A stretch of 64,000 bases of DNA from an uncultured Candidatus Saccharibacteria bacterium (GCA_964452875.1 CAYVNG010000001.1:2786-66785), one strand, 5' to 3'. Positions 35,220-45,583 are shown, numbered from the stretch's first letter. Notes: generated from the letters alone by a model not told the origin. Numbers and translations are program-made.

Positions 35220-38200
35220 ATGGATCTGAATTTTCCCAAAATTGAAGAGAAAATCCTGAGATTTTGGCGCAAGGACGACACTTTCAAAAAGAGCGTAAAG
35301 CAGAGGAAAGATGCCCGTAGGTTCGTATTTTTTGAAGGGCCTCCCACTGCCAACGGCAGGGCCGGAATACACCACATTCTGGCAAGAATCTTCAAGGATG
35401 TCATCTGCAGGTACAAGGCCATGCAGGGCTTTAAGGTTGAAAGGAAAGCCGGGTGGGACACCCACGGCCTTCCGGTCGAGCTCGAGGTTGAAAAAAGGCT
35501 CGGGCTGAAGAGCAAGAAGGAAATAGAGAAATACGGGATCGCCAAATTCAACAAGCAGTGCAGAAAGTCGGTCTGGCTTTATCAGCAGGACTGGGAAAAA
35601 ATCACCGAAAGGATAGGGTTTTGGGTGGACATGGAAAATCCTTACATCACTTACAAGAACGGCTATATCGAGTCGGTCTGGAGCATTTTGAAAAAAATCA
35701 GCGAAAAAAATCTCGTCTACCAGGATTACAAATCGGTTCCTTACTGCCCGAGGTGCGGCACGGTCCTGTCCAGCCACGAAGTCGCTTTGGGCTACAAAAA
35801 GGTGAAAGACCCGGCAGTCTACGTCAAGTTCAGGCTCGAGGATGAAGAATCAACCAGCCTGCTCGTCTGGACGACCACTCCCTGGACGCTGCCCGGTAAT
35901 ACCGGGATTGCCGTGAATCCGGATTTCGTTTATGTGAAAGCGAAGTTTGGTGACGAGAAACTGATTTTGCTCAAAGAAAAGATCCACATCCTCGGAAATG
36001 AAGTTGAAGCGTCAGAAGAAATCAAAGGGAAAGACCTTGTCGGCCTGAAATACCTGCCTTTTTATCCCTCTGAAAAAGCGGTCAGCCAGGGAAGCAATTA
36101 CAAGGTGATAGCGGGGAGTTTCGTCTCCTTGGAGGACGGCACGGGACTGGTCCACATAGCCCCGGCTTTCGGGGAAGAGGACCTGGAAGTGGGCAAGAAA
36201 AACAACCTTCTGGTCTTGAAAACGGTTGACGAAGCAGGCAGGATGACGACCCCAGGATACGCCTGGGACAACCTTTTCGTGAAAGAAGCAGATCCGATGG
36301 TCACAGAGGATCTGGAAACAAAAGGCCTGCTTTTCAAGAAAGAAGATTATGAGCACGATTATCCTTTTTGCTGGAGATGCGGATCCCCATTGCTTTATTA
36401 TGCGAAGCAGAGCTGGTTTATAAACATGCAGAAGGTGAAAAAACAGCTTATTTTAAATAATGAAAGGATAAACTGGGTCCCTTCGCATTTGAAAGAAGGC
36501 AGGGTCGGAGAATGGCTCAGGGAGGTCAAGGACTGGGCCTTTTCCAGAGAGAGATACTGGGGGACTCCGCTGCCAGTATGGGAATGCGATAAATGCAAGA
36601 AAAAAATATTCATCGGCGGAATGGCAGAATTGTCCTCGCAGAAAGCCAGTAAGAACAATTTTTATTTCATCAGGCACGGAGAGTCTTTAAGGCAGAAAAG
36701 GAGAATATCTGCGTGCTTCCCAGAGAAGCTGCGCTGTCCCTTGACTCCAAAAGGAAGAAAGCAGGTTGAAGAACAGGCAAAGAAGTTAAAAGCCAAGAAG
36801 ATCGACCTTATCTTCTCTTCCGATCTTTTAAGGACCAAAGAAACAGCCGAGATTATAAGCAAGGAGATCAAGGTGAAACCCGCATACGACAAAAGGCTGC
36901 GGGAGTATAACGCCGGGATTTTCAACGGAAAATCGGTAGACCTAATCCATTCATATTTTAAGAACGACCTGGATTTGAGGTTCAAGAAAAGGATCCCCAA
37001 AGGGGAGAGCTATACCGACCTCCAGAGAAGGATGCACCAGTTTTTGAAAGAAATCAATGAAAAATACGAAGGGAAAAATATTCTGGTGGTGAGTCATGAG
37101 ACGCCTCTGACCTTGCTGGAAGCAGCTCTCAAAGGGATTCCCAAAAAGGAATTTTTCGCTTTCAGGGAAAAAAATAAGCTCGAGGTGTCAGAATTTAAGA
37201 AAGTTGAATTCAGAAATTTCCCATACGACCTCGATATGGAAATAGACCTTCACAGGCCGTACGTAGACGAAATCGAATTTTACTGCTCTTGTCAGAAAGG
37301 GAAAATGAAGAGAGTAAAAGAGGTCATTGATTGCTGGTTTGATTCAGGCTCCATGCCTTTCGCCCAGGCCCATTGGCCTTTTGACCAGAAGGATGGGTCA
37401 AAAAAGCCTCCCGCGCTTTTTCCGGCAGACTACATCTCAGAAGCGGTGGATCAGACCAGGGGCTGGTTCTACACTCTGCATGCCATCTCAACTTTGCTTA
37501 ATTTCGGCCCGGCATACAAAAATGTTATTTCCGTCGGCCACATTTTGGACAAGAAAGGAGAAAAGATGTCAAAGTCCAAAGGCAATGTGGTGAATCCCTG
37601 GCAGATGATTTCGATATACGGGGCCGACGCCGTGAGATGGTATCTCTTCACTTTGAACCAGCCCGGTGACTCCAAGCTTTTTTCGGAAAAAGATCTTTCC
37701 GAGTCGCTCAGAAGGTTTGCAATGACTTTCTGGAACTGCGCAAAGTTTTTTGAAACTTATAGGGCCGAAGCTTCGAAATCTCCAAAAAACGTCAAAAATC
37801 TTCTTGACAAATGGATTCTGTCCAGGCTGAGCTTTGTCGAAAGATCAGTCGGGAAAATGATGGGAGAATACGACGTCACTTCCGCGGCCAGACTGATAGA
37901 GAATTTCGTCATAGAAGACCTTTCTTTGTGGTACATCAGGAGGTCTCGAAGGAGGTTTCAGAAGCCGGAAACGAAAGAGGAGCTGCAGGAAGCAGCTTTT
38001 GTGCTGGAAGCCGTGTTGAAGGAGGTATCTCTGATCTTGGCTCCTTTCGTCCCTTTCTTGAGCGAAAAAGTCTACAGCATGGCAGGGGGGAGAAAAAGCG
38101 TCCACCTTGAAGATTGGCCGAAGAATATTGGTAAAAGGGAAGATAAGAAGCTGGACGAAAGTATGAATCTGGTAAGGGAAGTGGTGAAACTCGGTCTCAA

Positions 38201-38693
38201 AATCAGAGCTTCTTCCGGATTGAAGCTGAGGCAGCCTTTGAGCGAGTTAAGATTCCGCATCAAGGGAACGGTTCTTGGAAAAGGGCTGGAAGGCCTGATT
38301 AAAGAAGAACTGAATGTAAAAAAGATAAAATCAGCGAAGACCATGCCCTCTGGCCGCTTTTGGAAAAAAGAAGAAAGCGGGAAAATCAATGCCGCCTTGA
38401 ATGTCGAGATGACCCAAGAGCTGAAAGAAGAAGGGGAGGTAAAAGAAATTTTGAGATTTGCTCAGGAAATGAGGAAAGAAGGCGGTCTTAAACCGAAAGA
38501 CAGGATTGAGATATATTATTCCGGGAATTTTGAAATCAGCAACATAATTAAAAGAAACAAAGATATCATTTTGAAGGAAACCAAGGCGCAAGGACTTTTT
38601 GAAGGGAAAAAGCCGGGAATGGGGTATAATATAGAAAAGGAGGTAAAAGTCGACAGCCGAACCATTTGGTTGGGCATAAAAAAGGTCAAATAA
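35220..38693 (+). CDS. ileS: isoleucyl-tRNA synthetase (type 2) carrying an inserted histidine-phosphatase domain
   Basis: PPTANGRAGIHHI (HIGH region), CP1 editing domain (TTPWTLPGNTGIAVNP), WAFSRERYWGTPLPVWECDKC, DCWFDSGSMP, KMSKSKGN, and an IleRS type-2 C-terminus. 1157 aa because of the internal insertion. Confidence 0.9.
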   Translation: MDLNFPKIEEKILRFWRKDDTFKKSVKQRKDARRFVFFEGPPTANGRAGIHHILARIFKDVICRYKAMQGFKVERKAGWDTHGLPVELEVEKRLGLKSKKEIEKYGIAKFNKQCRKSVWLYQQDWEKITERIGFWVDMENPYITYKNGYIESVWSILKKISEKNLVYQDYKSVPYCPRCGTVLSSHEVALGYKKVKDPAVYVKFRLEDEESTSLLVWTTTPWTLPGNTGIAVNPDFVYVKAKFGDEKLILLKEKIHILGNEVEASEEIKGKDLVGLKYLPFYPSEKAVSQGSNYKVIAGSFVSLEDGTGLVHIAPAFGEEDLEVGKKNNLLVLKTVDEAGRMTTPGYAWDNLFVKEADPMVTEDLETKGLLFKKEDYEHDYPFCWRCGSPLLYYAKQSWFINMQKVKKQLILNNERINWVPSHLKEGRVGEWLREVKDWAFSRERYWGTPLPVWECDKCKKKIFIGGMAELSSQKASKNNFYFIRHGESLRQKRRISACFPEKLRCPLTPKGRKQVEEQAKKLKAKKIDLIFSSDLLRTKETAEIISKEIKVKPAYDKRLREYNAGIFNGKSVDLIHSYFKNDLDLRFKKRIPKGESYTDLQRRMHQFLKEINEKYEGKNILVVSHETPLTLLEAALKGIPKKEFFAFREKNKLEVSEFKKVEFRNFPYDLDMEIDLHRPYVDEIEFYCSCQKGKMKRVKEVIDCWFDSGSMPFAQAHWPFDQKDGSKKPPALFPADYISEAVDQTRGWFYTLHAISTLLNFGPAYKNVISVGHILDKKGEKMSKSKGNVVNPWQMISIYGADAVRWYLFTLNQPGDSKLFSEKDLSESLRRFAMTFWNCAKFFETYRAEASKSPKNVKNLLDKWILSRLSFVERSVGKMMGEYDVTSAARLIENFVIEDLSLWYIRRSRRRFQKPETKEELQEAAFVLEAVLKEVSLILAPFVPFLSEKVYSMAGGRKSVHLEDWPKNIGKREDKKLDESMNLVREVVKLGLKIRASSGLKLRQPLSELRFRIKGTVLGKGLEGLIKEELNVKKIKSAKTMPSGRFWKKEESGKINAALNVEMTQELKEEGEVKEILRFAQEMRKEGGLKPKDRIEIYYSGNFEISNIIKRNKDIILKETKAQGLFEGKKPGMGYNIEKEVKVDSRTIWLGIKKVK
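36660..37259 (+). other. about 200-aa PGAM-type histidine-phosphatase domain inserted in-frame in IleRS
   Basis: FYFIRHGESLRQ (RHGE catalytic His), LTPKGRKQVEEQAKKL, SSDLLRTKETAEII, EYNAGIFNGKS, VVSHETPLTLL (second His). Lies between the Zn knuckle (WECDKC) and WFDSG of the synthetase core. Confidence 0.75.
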
Positions 38694-38703
38694 TGATTTA
38701 AAT

Positions 38704-38994
38704 ATGCCTTTATTCGAAAAAAAACAGGACCTGAGCAGAGCTGAAGTGAGGGAAGCTCTCAGAAAGGCTTCTTATCAGATTCCAGGCGGAGGAGGGATAA
38801 TCTCGAAAGAGGACCGGGTGAAATTGGAAAAAGAAGTGCTCCCCAGAAGCAAATTCGGAGATAGGATAGATCAGAGAGATTACGACAAGGGGATTAGGGA
38901 TTTGGAGAAAGCAAAATATGCCGCCAAGACGAGCAAGGAGAAAATTGAAATTGACAGGCAAATAAGAGTTTTAAAGAGTTTGCGTGACAAATAA
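38704..38994 (+). CDS. hypothetical protein (96 aa, charged)
   Basis: ORF tightly packed between ileS and recO; no recognisable motif. Confidence 0.4.
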   Translation: MPLFEKKQDLSRAEVREALRKASYQIPGGGGIISKEDRVKLEKEVLPRSKFGDRIDQRDYDKGIRDLEKAKYAAKTSKEKIEIDRQIRVLKSLRDK

Positions 38995-38999
38995 GGCAA

Positions 39000-39731
39000 A
39001 TGTTCACGCGCTACAGCACAAGATCCTTTGTTTTTAAAAATTACGGCAGAGGTGAAGTGGATCAGTTTTTTGTTGTTTTCAGCAAGGATTTCGGGAAATT
39101 GACCATTTTAGCCAAAGCTGCCAGGAAGATCGCCTCGAAGCTCAAGGGAGGGATGGACCTTTTTTCTTTTTCGGAAATGGAATTCATCCAGGGGAAGCAC
39201 AATAAGACGCTCGTTGACGCCAGGTCGATCCGCGCTTTCCCCGAGATCAAAAAAGACCTTAAGGCTTCGAGTTTGGCTTTCAGGATGGCGGAGCTCTTTG
39301 ACCAAATGATCGGCAAAGAGGAGCCGGATAAAAACCTTTGGATGCTGTTGAAAGAATCTTTCGGGATGCTGGGCAGTAGGATTTTTATTGAGAGAAAGGA
39401 TGACCTAGTTTATTATTATTTTTTCTGGAATCTGGCGGCCATTCTTGGATTCAAGCCAGCTTTGCACTCCTGCGCTTATTGCCAGGGGAAGATAGCTTCC
39501 GAAGACATCTATTTTGATTCCGATTCAGGAGGAGTGGTATGCAGTGACTGCTTTAAGAAAGAAAGGAAGGGGTCGAGAACCAGCCAGGACGTCATAAAGA
39601 TAATAAGGATTATTTTGGAAAAAAGACCAGGAATGCTTGCCAGACTTAAGCTTTCAGAGGACCATTTCAGCGGTTTGAAAAAGATATCAGAGGAATTTCG
39701 CCTATTCTTGGAACAGGGAAGGAAAACCTAA
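39000..39731 (+). CDS. recO: DNA repair protein RecO
   Basis: N-terminal OB fold; C-terminal Cys4 zinc motif CAYCQGKI...CSDCF. Confidence 0.8.
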   Translation: MFTRYSTRSFVFKNYGRGEVDQFFVVFSKDFGKLTILAKAARKIASKLKGGMDLFSFSEMEFIQGKHNKTLVDARSIRAFPEIKKDLKASSLAFRMAELFDQMIGKEEPDKNLWMLLKESFGMLGSRIFIERKDDLVYYYFFWNLAAILGFKPALHSCAYCQGKIASEDIYFDSDSGGVVCSDCFKKERKGSRTSQDVIKIIRIILEKRPGMLARLKLSEDHFSGLKKISEEFRLFLEQGRKT

Positions 39732-39746
39732 TTCAAATTAAAAGAT

Positions 39747-41447
39747 ATGAGGAATAAAATATTTGTCATTCTGCCGATCGCATTTCTTGTCCTTGGAGCT
39801 TTGGGCTATTTTTATTATCAGAAGAACATCTATTCTAAAGAAATACTGAAGCTGGAGATAATGGGCCCTGAATACGCTGACCTGGCCGAAGAAGTGGAAT
39901 ACATCGTGAAATACAAGAACAACGGGGATACCAGGCTGGAGGAACCTGAGCTGGTCTTTGAATATCCCCAGCATGCTCTTCCAATAGGAGAAGATGCCTT
40001 ACGAGTCACCAAAGGGCAGGATACCTTAGGAGAGGCGATCTATCCTGGAGAAGAGAAAACAATAACCTTCAAGGCCAGGCTGTTCGGCAAGGAGGGAGAA
40101 ATGCTGCAGGCGAAGGCCTCCATGCTGTACAGGCCGAAAAATCTCAAGCCGTTCTATGAAAATTCCACCACTTTCACGACCGTTATCGAAAAAGTCTCTT
40201 TGAGTCTTGAGATAGACCTTCCTTCCAAAACCGAATCGGCCAAGGAAATCCAATTCGGGATAAATTATTTTTCCAATCTTTCTTATCCGCTTTCCGATCT
40301 GAGGGTGAAAATGGAATATCCTTCCGATTTCGAGTTTTCAGAATCAGAGCCTGAAGGGCTGGCGAAGAACGAATGGGAGATAGCGTCTTTGAATCGGGCC
40401 GAAGGAGGAAGGATCGACGTCAAAGGGAACCTCATGGGAGAAACAGAGGAAACAAAAGTGTTTCAGGCCAAGCTCGGGTTATGGCAGAACAACGAATTCG
40501 TCCTTCTCAAGGAGGTGAACAGGGGAGTGCAGATATCGATTCCTTCCTTGTATATCTCCCAGCAGATCAACGGGAATCCTGAATACGTCGCATCGGCAGG
40601 CGACATATTGCACTACGAGATATTCTTCAAAAACATAGGGGAGGAGGATTTGAACAACCTTTTTTTGATAGCGAAGCTTGAGGGGCCGTTCGACTTTCCG
40701 AGCCTTAAATCATATACCGGAGAATTCGAAACAGGGGATAACTCGATCGTCTTTGACTGGAGGAGGAATTCAAGCCTTCAAATACTTAAAAGCCAGCAGG
40801 AAGGGAAAGTGGAATTCTGGATAAACCTTAAGGATGATTGGGAGTCTGGGAACAGCAATCAGAAAGCGGTGAACAAAATATATCTCGGCCAGACCAGAAA
40901 GGATTTTGAAACCAAGATAAATTCCAAAGTAGAGCTTGCCAACAAGGTATATTTCCAGGACGATTCCAAATTCTTTGAAGGTGATCCCCGTCCGGAAGGG
41001 GAGGAGGTTTTCGGCAATACAGGCGAGATTCCCCCCAAAGTCGGATCCATGACCACGTACACCGTGATCTGGCAGGTTGAAAACGGATCCAATCCGGTTG
41101 AAGGGGTTAAGATAAGGGCGGTCCTCCCGGAAAACGTAGGGCTAACCGGGAAGATATTTCCGGAAGAGCAGGTTTCCAACTTCACTTTCGACTCAAAGTC
41201 GAAGGAAATAGTCTGGATAGTAGGCAGCCTGGAAAAAAGCCAGAAATCTTCTTCAATAGCCTTCCAGGTGGCCCTTGTCCCGGACAGCTCCCAGCAGGGA
41301 GAAACCCCGTTGCTGGTAAAAGACGTTTCCATTTCCGGAGACGACAAGTGGACTGCAAGGAGCTTTCAAATAGAAGGTCTTGAAATCAGTACCGCTTCCT
41401 TGGGAGACGAGAACGCCGGGGAAGGAGCGGGTGAAGTCAGGAGGTAA
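39747..41447 (+). CDS. signal-anchored surface protein with repeated DUF11/CARDB-like beta-sandwich domains
   Basis: N-terminal TM (IFVILPIAFLVLGALGYFYY); repeated motifs AEEVEYIVKYKNNGDTRL and AGDILHYEIFFKNIGEEDL, typical of conserved-repeat-domain proteins. Confidence 0.6.
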   Translation: MRNKIFVILPIAFLVLGALGYFYYQKNIYSKEILKLEIMGPEYADLAEEVEYIVKYKNNGDTRLEEPELVFEYPQHALPIGEDALRVTKGQDTLGEAIYPGEEKTITFKARLFGKEGEMLQAKASMLYRPKNLKPFYENSTTFTTVIEKVSLSLEIDLPSKTESAKEIQFGINYFSNLSYPLSDLRVKMEYPSDFEFSESEPEGLAKNEWEIASLNRAEGGRIDVKGNLMGETEETKVFQAKLGLWQNNEFVLLKEVNRGVQISIPSLYISQQINGNPEYVASAGDILHYEIFFKNIGEEDLNNLFLIAKLEGPFDFPSLKSYTGEFETGDNSIVFDWRRNSSLQILKSQQEGKVEFWINLKDDWESGNSNQKAVNKIYLGQTRKDFETKINSKVELANKVYFQDDSKFFEGDPRPEGEEVFGNTGEIPPKVGSMTTYTVIWQVENGSNPVEGVKIRAVLPENVGLTGKIFPEEQVSNFTFDSKSKEIVWIVGSLEKSQKSSSIAFQVALVPDSSQQGETPLLVKDVSISGDDKWTARSFQIEGLEISTASLGDENAGEGAGEVRR

Positions 41448-41500
41448 AATTTAAAAAGGAGCTTGAAGCATTTTTCGAGCTTGAGTTCCTTCATCCATAC

Positions 41501-42820
41501 ATGGGATCGCTTCAAAAAATAGTCTCTTTAGCAAAACGGCGCGGATTCGTGTTCCCTTCTTCAGAGATATACGGAGGGTTCGGATCCTGCTATGATTTCG
41601 GGCCTTTGGGAGTCGAAATGAAGAACAATATAAAGAAAGCCTGGTGGTCAGAGATGGTCAGGGCCCAGGATAGCGTCGTTGGCCTGGATGCGGCGATATT
41701 GATGTCCCCGAAGATATGGGAGGCTTCCGGTCATCTGACGGCTGGTTTTGCGGACGAGCTGGTTGAATGCACGAAATGCAAAAAGCGCTTCAGAACAGAC
41801 GAAATAACCGGCAAATGCCCAGAATGCGGAGGGGAAGTGACCAAACCCAGGAAGTTCAACCTTATGATGAAGACCTTCGTAGGGCCGGTGGAGGAAGAAG
41901 CTTCACAGGCCTATTTGAGGGCCGAGACCTGCCAGGGGATTTACGTCAATTTTAAGAACGTGATGAATTCCATGAGACTGAAGATCCCTTTTGGGATCGC
42001 TCAGATAGGAAAATCATTCAGGAACGAAATCACCCCGCGGGACTTCATCTATAGGACCAGGGAGTTCGAACAAATGGAGATGCAGTGGTTTTGCCATCCG
42101 GAAAAGGCGGGCGAGTTCTTCGAATACTGGAAGGAAAAGAGGATGAAATGGTATTTGGATCTCGGGATGAGGAAGGAAAACATCAGATTCAAGGAGGCCG
42201 CGAAAGAGGATCTGGCCCATTACGCCAAAAGAGCGGTCGATATCGAATATGAATTTCCTTTCGGCTGGAGGGAGATCGAGGGAATACATAACAGGGGGGA
42301 CTGGGATCTTTCCAATCATTCCAAGAGTTCCGGCCAGGATTTGAGCTATTTTGACGAAGCAGAAGGGAAGAGATACACGCCCCACATCATAGAAACGTCG
42401 GTCGGGGCGGACAGGTCGTTTTTCGCCTTCCTTTGCAACGCTTTTGAGGAAATAAAAGGAGGGAGGACCAAGACGACGGAATCTGTAAAGGAGGAAGAAG
42501 TTTTCTTGAGGCTGCATAAGTCGATCGCTCCGGTGAAAGCAGCGGTTCTTCCGTTGATGAAGAACAAGCCCGAGATCGTTAAAAAAGCGAAAGAGGTGTA
42601 CCAAGCCCTCAAGCCTCATTTCTCCGTCCAATACGACGAGGTCGGCTCAATAGGCAAAAGGTACAGGAGGCAGGATGAGATAGGAACGTTTTTCTGCCTG
42701 ACTGTGGATTTCGATTCTTTGGAAAAGGATGACCTGACCGTAAGAAACAGGGATACGATGGAGCAAAAAAGGATAGACATTAAGGGGATAGCCGAGTTTT
42801 TAGCAAAAGAAATCTCATGA
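41501..42820 (+). CDS. glyQS: glycyl-tRNA synthetase (alpha2 dimeric type)
   Basis: KRRGFVFPSSEIYGGFGSCYDFGPLGVE; class II motifs; C-terminal anticodon-binding domain. Confidence 0.9.
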   Translation: MGSLQKIVSLAKRRGFVFPSSEIYGGFGSCYDFGPLGVEMKNNIKKAWWSEMVRAQDSVVGLDAAILMSPKIWEASGHLTAGFADELVECTKCKKRFRTDEITGKCPECGGEVTKPRKFNLMMKTFVGPVEEEASQAYLRAETCQGIYVNFKNVMNSMRLKIPFGIAQIGKSFRNEITPRDFIYRTREFEQMEMQWFCHPEKAGEFFEYWKEKRMKWYLDLGMRKENIRFKEAAKEDLAHYAKRAVDIEYEFPFGWREIEGIHNRGDWDLSNHSKSSGQDLSYFDEAEGKRYTPHIIETSVGADRSFFAFLCNAFEEIKGGRTKTTESVKEEEVFLRLHKSIAPVKAAVLPLMKNKPEIVKKAKEVYQALKPHFSVQYDEVGSIGKRYRRQDEIGTFFCLTVDFDSLEKDDLTVRNRDTMEQKRIDIKGIAEFLAKEIS

Positions 42821-44085
42821 TCTGCAGAAAGGAATCAAAAAACGGATTGAGGATTATAGTGGTTCCGAGGAAAAACACCCAGGCCGCCACTGTTCTGGTT
42901 CTAGTCGGAGCCGGGTCCAAATACGAGAACAAGGAGATTAACGGGATTTCCCATTTTTTAGAGCATATGTTCTTCAAAGGGACGAAGAATAATCCCACTT
43001 ACTTGGAAGTGGCCGAAAAGATGGACAAGGTGGGAGGGATATTCAACGCCTTCACTTCCGAAGAATATACAGGCTATTTTGCCAAAGTGGAATCTTCCAA
43101 ACTGGAGCTGGCCTTAGATTGGGTCTCTGACATTTATCTCAGCTCCGTTTTCCCTTCAAAAGAGGTTATCAAAGAAAAAGGGGTGATTATTGAGGAGATA
43201 AACATGATAGAGGACCATCCCATGACCTATGTCTATTCTCTCTGGCCCAAGGTCCTTTACGGGGATCAGGCGGCAGGCCGGCCGATCATAGGAACGAAAG
43301 AGAATATCAGAAATATAAAGAGGAAGGATTTGGTCGAATACCAAAAAAGCCATTATACCGCCTCCAATACCGTAGTCTGCATCGCCGGGAACGTGGATCA
43401 GGAGAGAGCCTTTGAATTAACAAGAAAATATTTTTCGGGGATAAGAGAGTCCCTGCCCATTTCGAAAGAAAAAGTCAAAGAAAAGCAGACCAAGCCCCAG
43501 TCTCTTGTCCTAAAAAGGAAGACGGGGCAGACCCATTTCTGCCTTGGAGCCAGGGGATACAGCTTGTTCCATCCAGACAGGTACGTCCAGGACATCTTGG
43601 CCATAATCCTCGGGGGGATGATGAGCTCCAGGCTTTTCGTGAAAGTGCGGGAGAAACTCAGCCTGGCTTACTATGTCAGGACTGAATCTGACGCCGATTC
43701 CGACACAGGGTCTTTACTAACCGTGGCTGGCGTGGATAATAATAAGGTAGAGAAGGCGATTTCCGAGATTTTGAAAGAATACAGGAAAATAGCCAGGGAA
43801 AAGGTCCCGGCCGGCGAGCTCAAAAAAGCCAAGGATAATCTGAAAGGGAAAATGGCTTTGTCCTTGGAATCTTCTGACGCCTTGGCCTATTTTTACGGCG
43901 CTCAGGAGCTTGTGGAGGAAAAAATGCTTTCTCCGAAGGAAATATTCAAAGCCGTGGATAAAATATCCAGAGAAGACGTTTTGAGAGTTGCTAGGGACGT
44001 TTTTAAAGTCAAAAATCTGAATCTGGCCTTGATAGGGCCGGTTGAAAGAGAAGGGAGGTTTCAAGACATTTTGAATAAATTTTAA
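42817..44085 (+). CDS. M16 family zinc peptidase
   Basis: HxxEH zinc motif HFLEHMFFKGT; inverted zincin fold pattern. Confidence 0.8.
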   Translation: MICRKESKNGLRIIVVPRKNTQAATVLVLVGAGSKYENKEINGISHFLEHMFFKGTKNNPTYLEVAEKMDKVGGIFNAFTSEEYTGYFAKVESSKLELALDWVSDIYLSSVFPSKEVIKEKGVIIEEINMIEDHPMTYVYSLWPKVLYGDQAAGRPIIGTKENIRNIKRKDLVEYQKSHYTASNTVVCIAGNVDQERAFELTRKYFSGIRESLPISKEKVKEKQTKPQSLVLKRKTGQTHFCLGARGYSLFHPDRYVQDILAIILGGMMSSRLFVKVREKLSLAYYVRTESDADSDTGSLLTVAGVDNNKVEKAISEILKEYRKIAREKVPAGELKKAKDNLKGKMALSLESSDALAYFYGAQELVEEKMLSPKEIFKAVDKISREDVLRVARDVFKVKNLNLALIGPVEREGRFQDILNKF

Positions 44086-44093
44086 AAACAGCC

Positions 44094-45131
44094 ATGAACG
44101 AAGAAAAAGTGCTGGACATTTCCTGGGGGACGATTTTCAAGATCGGGACGGCCGCCCTGGGCTTTTATCTTTTCTACACGATAAGGGACATTCTGATCTG
44201 GTTCATTTTTGCAATCATCATTTCCATACTTTTTAATCCAGCGATCGTTTTTTTGGTGAAAAAGAAAGTTCCCCGCGTGCTGGCCACCATATTCGTCTAT
44301 TTGGTTTTTTTCGGCATGATCGGCGGCTTAATCTATCTGGTCGCCGCTCCTCTTTCATCGGAAGTGGGTAAATTCACCCAGCTTTTCCCGCAGTATTTCG
44401 ATAGGATAGCCCCTCCTTTGAGCGGTTTAGGGATTGAGGCTTTTGAGAATCTTGAGTCTTTCACGGCCACCGTTGAAGCCTGGCTGACCAACGCTTCAGG
44501 GAGCATCTTCAGCGGCATTTTCTCTTTTTTCGGAGGAGTGCTTTCGTCCATCACCATTTTCACCATCGCCATCTTCCTTTCGGTGGAGGAGATGGGGATC
44601 GAAAAAATGCTGATCCTGATCTCTCCTAAGAAATATGAGTCGGCCATCATGGATCTTTGGGAAAAAAGCCAGATGAAAATATCCAGATGGTTCTCTTCCA
44701 GGATGATATCAAGCGCTTTCGTCGGATTCTTGACGTTTTTTGCAGCTTACGTCCTAGATGTCGAATACAGCGTTTCTTTCGGGCTTTTAAGCGGAGTCAC
44801 TAATATAATTCCCATCATCGGGCCGGTGGTCGCCGGAGCGATAATCGTCGGGTTCTTGATGATCCAGGGCCTTTGGGTCAAGGCTTTGCTTATGCTGATA
44901 ATCTTCGTGCTTATCCAGCAGATAGAAGGGAACATATTGACCCCGGTTCTGACCAAGAAATTCATCGGACTGCCCGCTGCCATCGTCCTGGTGTCCATGA
45001 TGATAGGAGGGAAGCTTTGGGGCATTCTGGGAGCCATTCTCGCCATTCCTTTAATAGGGATTTTTTACGAGTTTTTAGGCGATTTTTTGAAAAGGAAAAA
45101 AGAAAAAGAGGCCGCGGAAACGGCAGTTTAG
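44094..45131 (+). CDS. AI-2E family transporter (UPF0118/PerM-like)
   Basis: Eight TM helices; WGTIFKIGTAALGFYLFYTIRDIL start typical of the family. Confidence 0.75.
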   Translation: MNEEKVLDISWGTIFKIGTAALGFYLFYTIRDILIWFIFAIIISILFNPAIVFLVKKKVPRVLATIFVYLVFFGMIGGLIYLVAAPLSSEVGKFTQLFPQYFDRIAPPLSGLGIEAFENLESFTATVEAWLTNASGSIFSGIFSFFGGVLSSITIFTIAIFLSVEEMGIEKMLILISPKKYESAIMDLWEKSQMKISRWFSSRMISSAFVGFLTFFAAYVLDVEYSVSFGLLSGVTNIIPIIGPVVAGAIIVGFLMIQGLWVKALLMLIIFVLIQQIEGNILTPVLTKKFIGLPAAIVLVSMMIGGKLWGILGAILAIPLIGIFYEFLGDFLKRKKEKEAAETAV

Positions 45132-45583
45132 CCGGCGACCAATATTGAAAGGGAAACAAAGGCGGCTGCAACCTGCGAGAGGATTCTCCAAAAGACGGGA
45201 ATCTTTTTGTTTTCAAGCCGATGAATTATTTTTGAGTGGAAGAACTGGTGTTTTTCCAAAAAACGGTTTTCAGAAAAAACCAGGTTCAGGAAAAATACAG
45301 AGTCTGGCAGGCAAGCGACCAATCCTCCGGCGAAAGCCAAAAGGTTTTTTCCAGAAAAAAAATATAATATCAGGAAGCCGGAAAAGAAGTCCGTTGAAAC
45401 TTTCAGAAAGTCCGGAAAAGATTTCTTCCAATTCCTTCCGGCTATATTTTTGATCGGATATTCCCTATGGGGCAGTAAATCCAACAGATAATGGGTCAAA
45501 AGGGAAAAAAGCAGACCGGGAAATGCGCTTTTAGCTGCTGAGGATGCGGCTGCTCCTGCCAGAATATGGACTGCAAGCACCAT
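45128..45583 (-). CDS. membrane protein, possibly YdjM/DUF457-like
   Basis: Four hydrophobic helices; HxxxD/H pattern (LLTHYLLDLLPH). Weak assignment. Confidence 0.3.
   Translation of the reverse strand: MVLAVHILAGAAASSAAKSAFPGLLFSLLTHYLLDLLPHREYPIKNIAGRNWKKSFPDFLKVSTDFFSGFLILYFFSGKNLLAFAGGLVACLPDSVFFLNLVFSENRFLEKHQFFHSKIIHRLENKKIPVFWRILSQVAAAFVSLSILVAG

Noticed and set aside
42014-42631. 205-aa minus-strand ORF inside glyQS
   Set aside because: Antisense to a high-confidence synthetase gene with no motifs; spurious.
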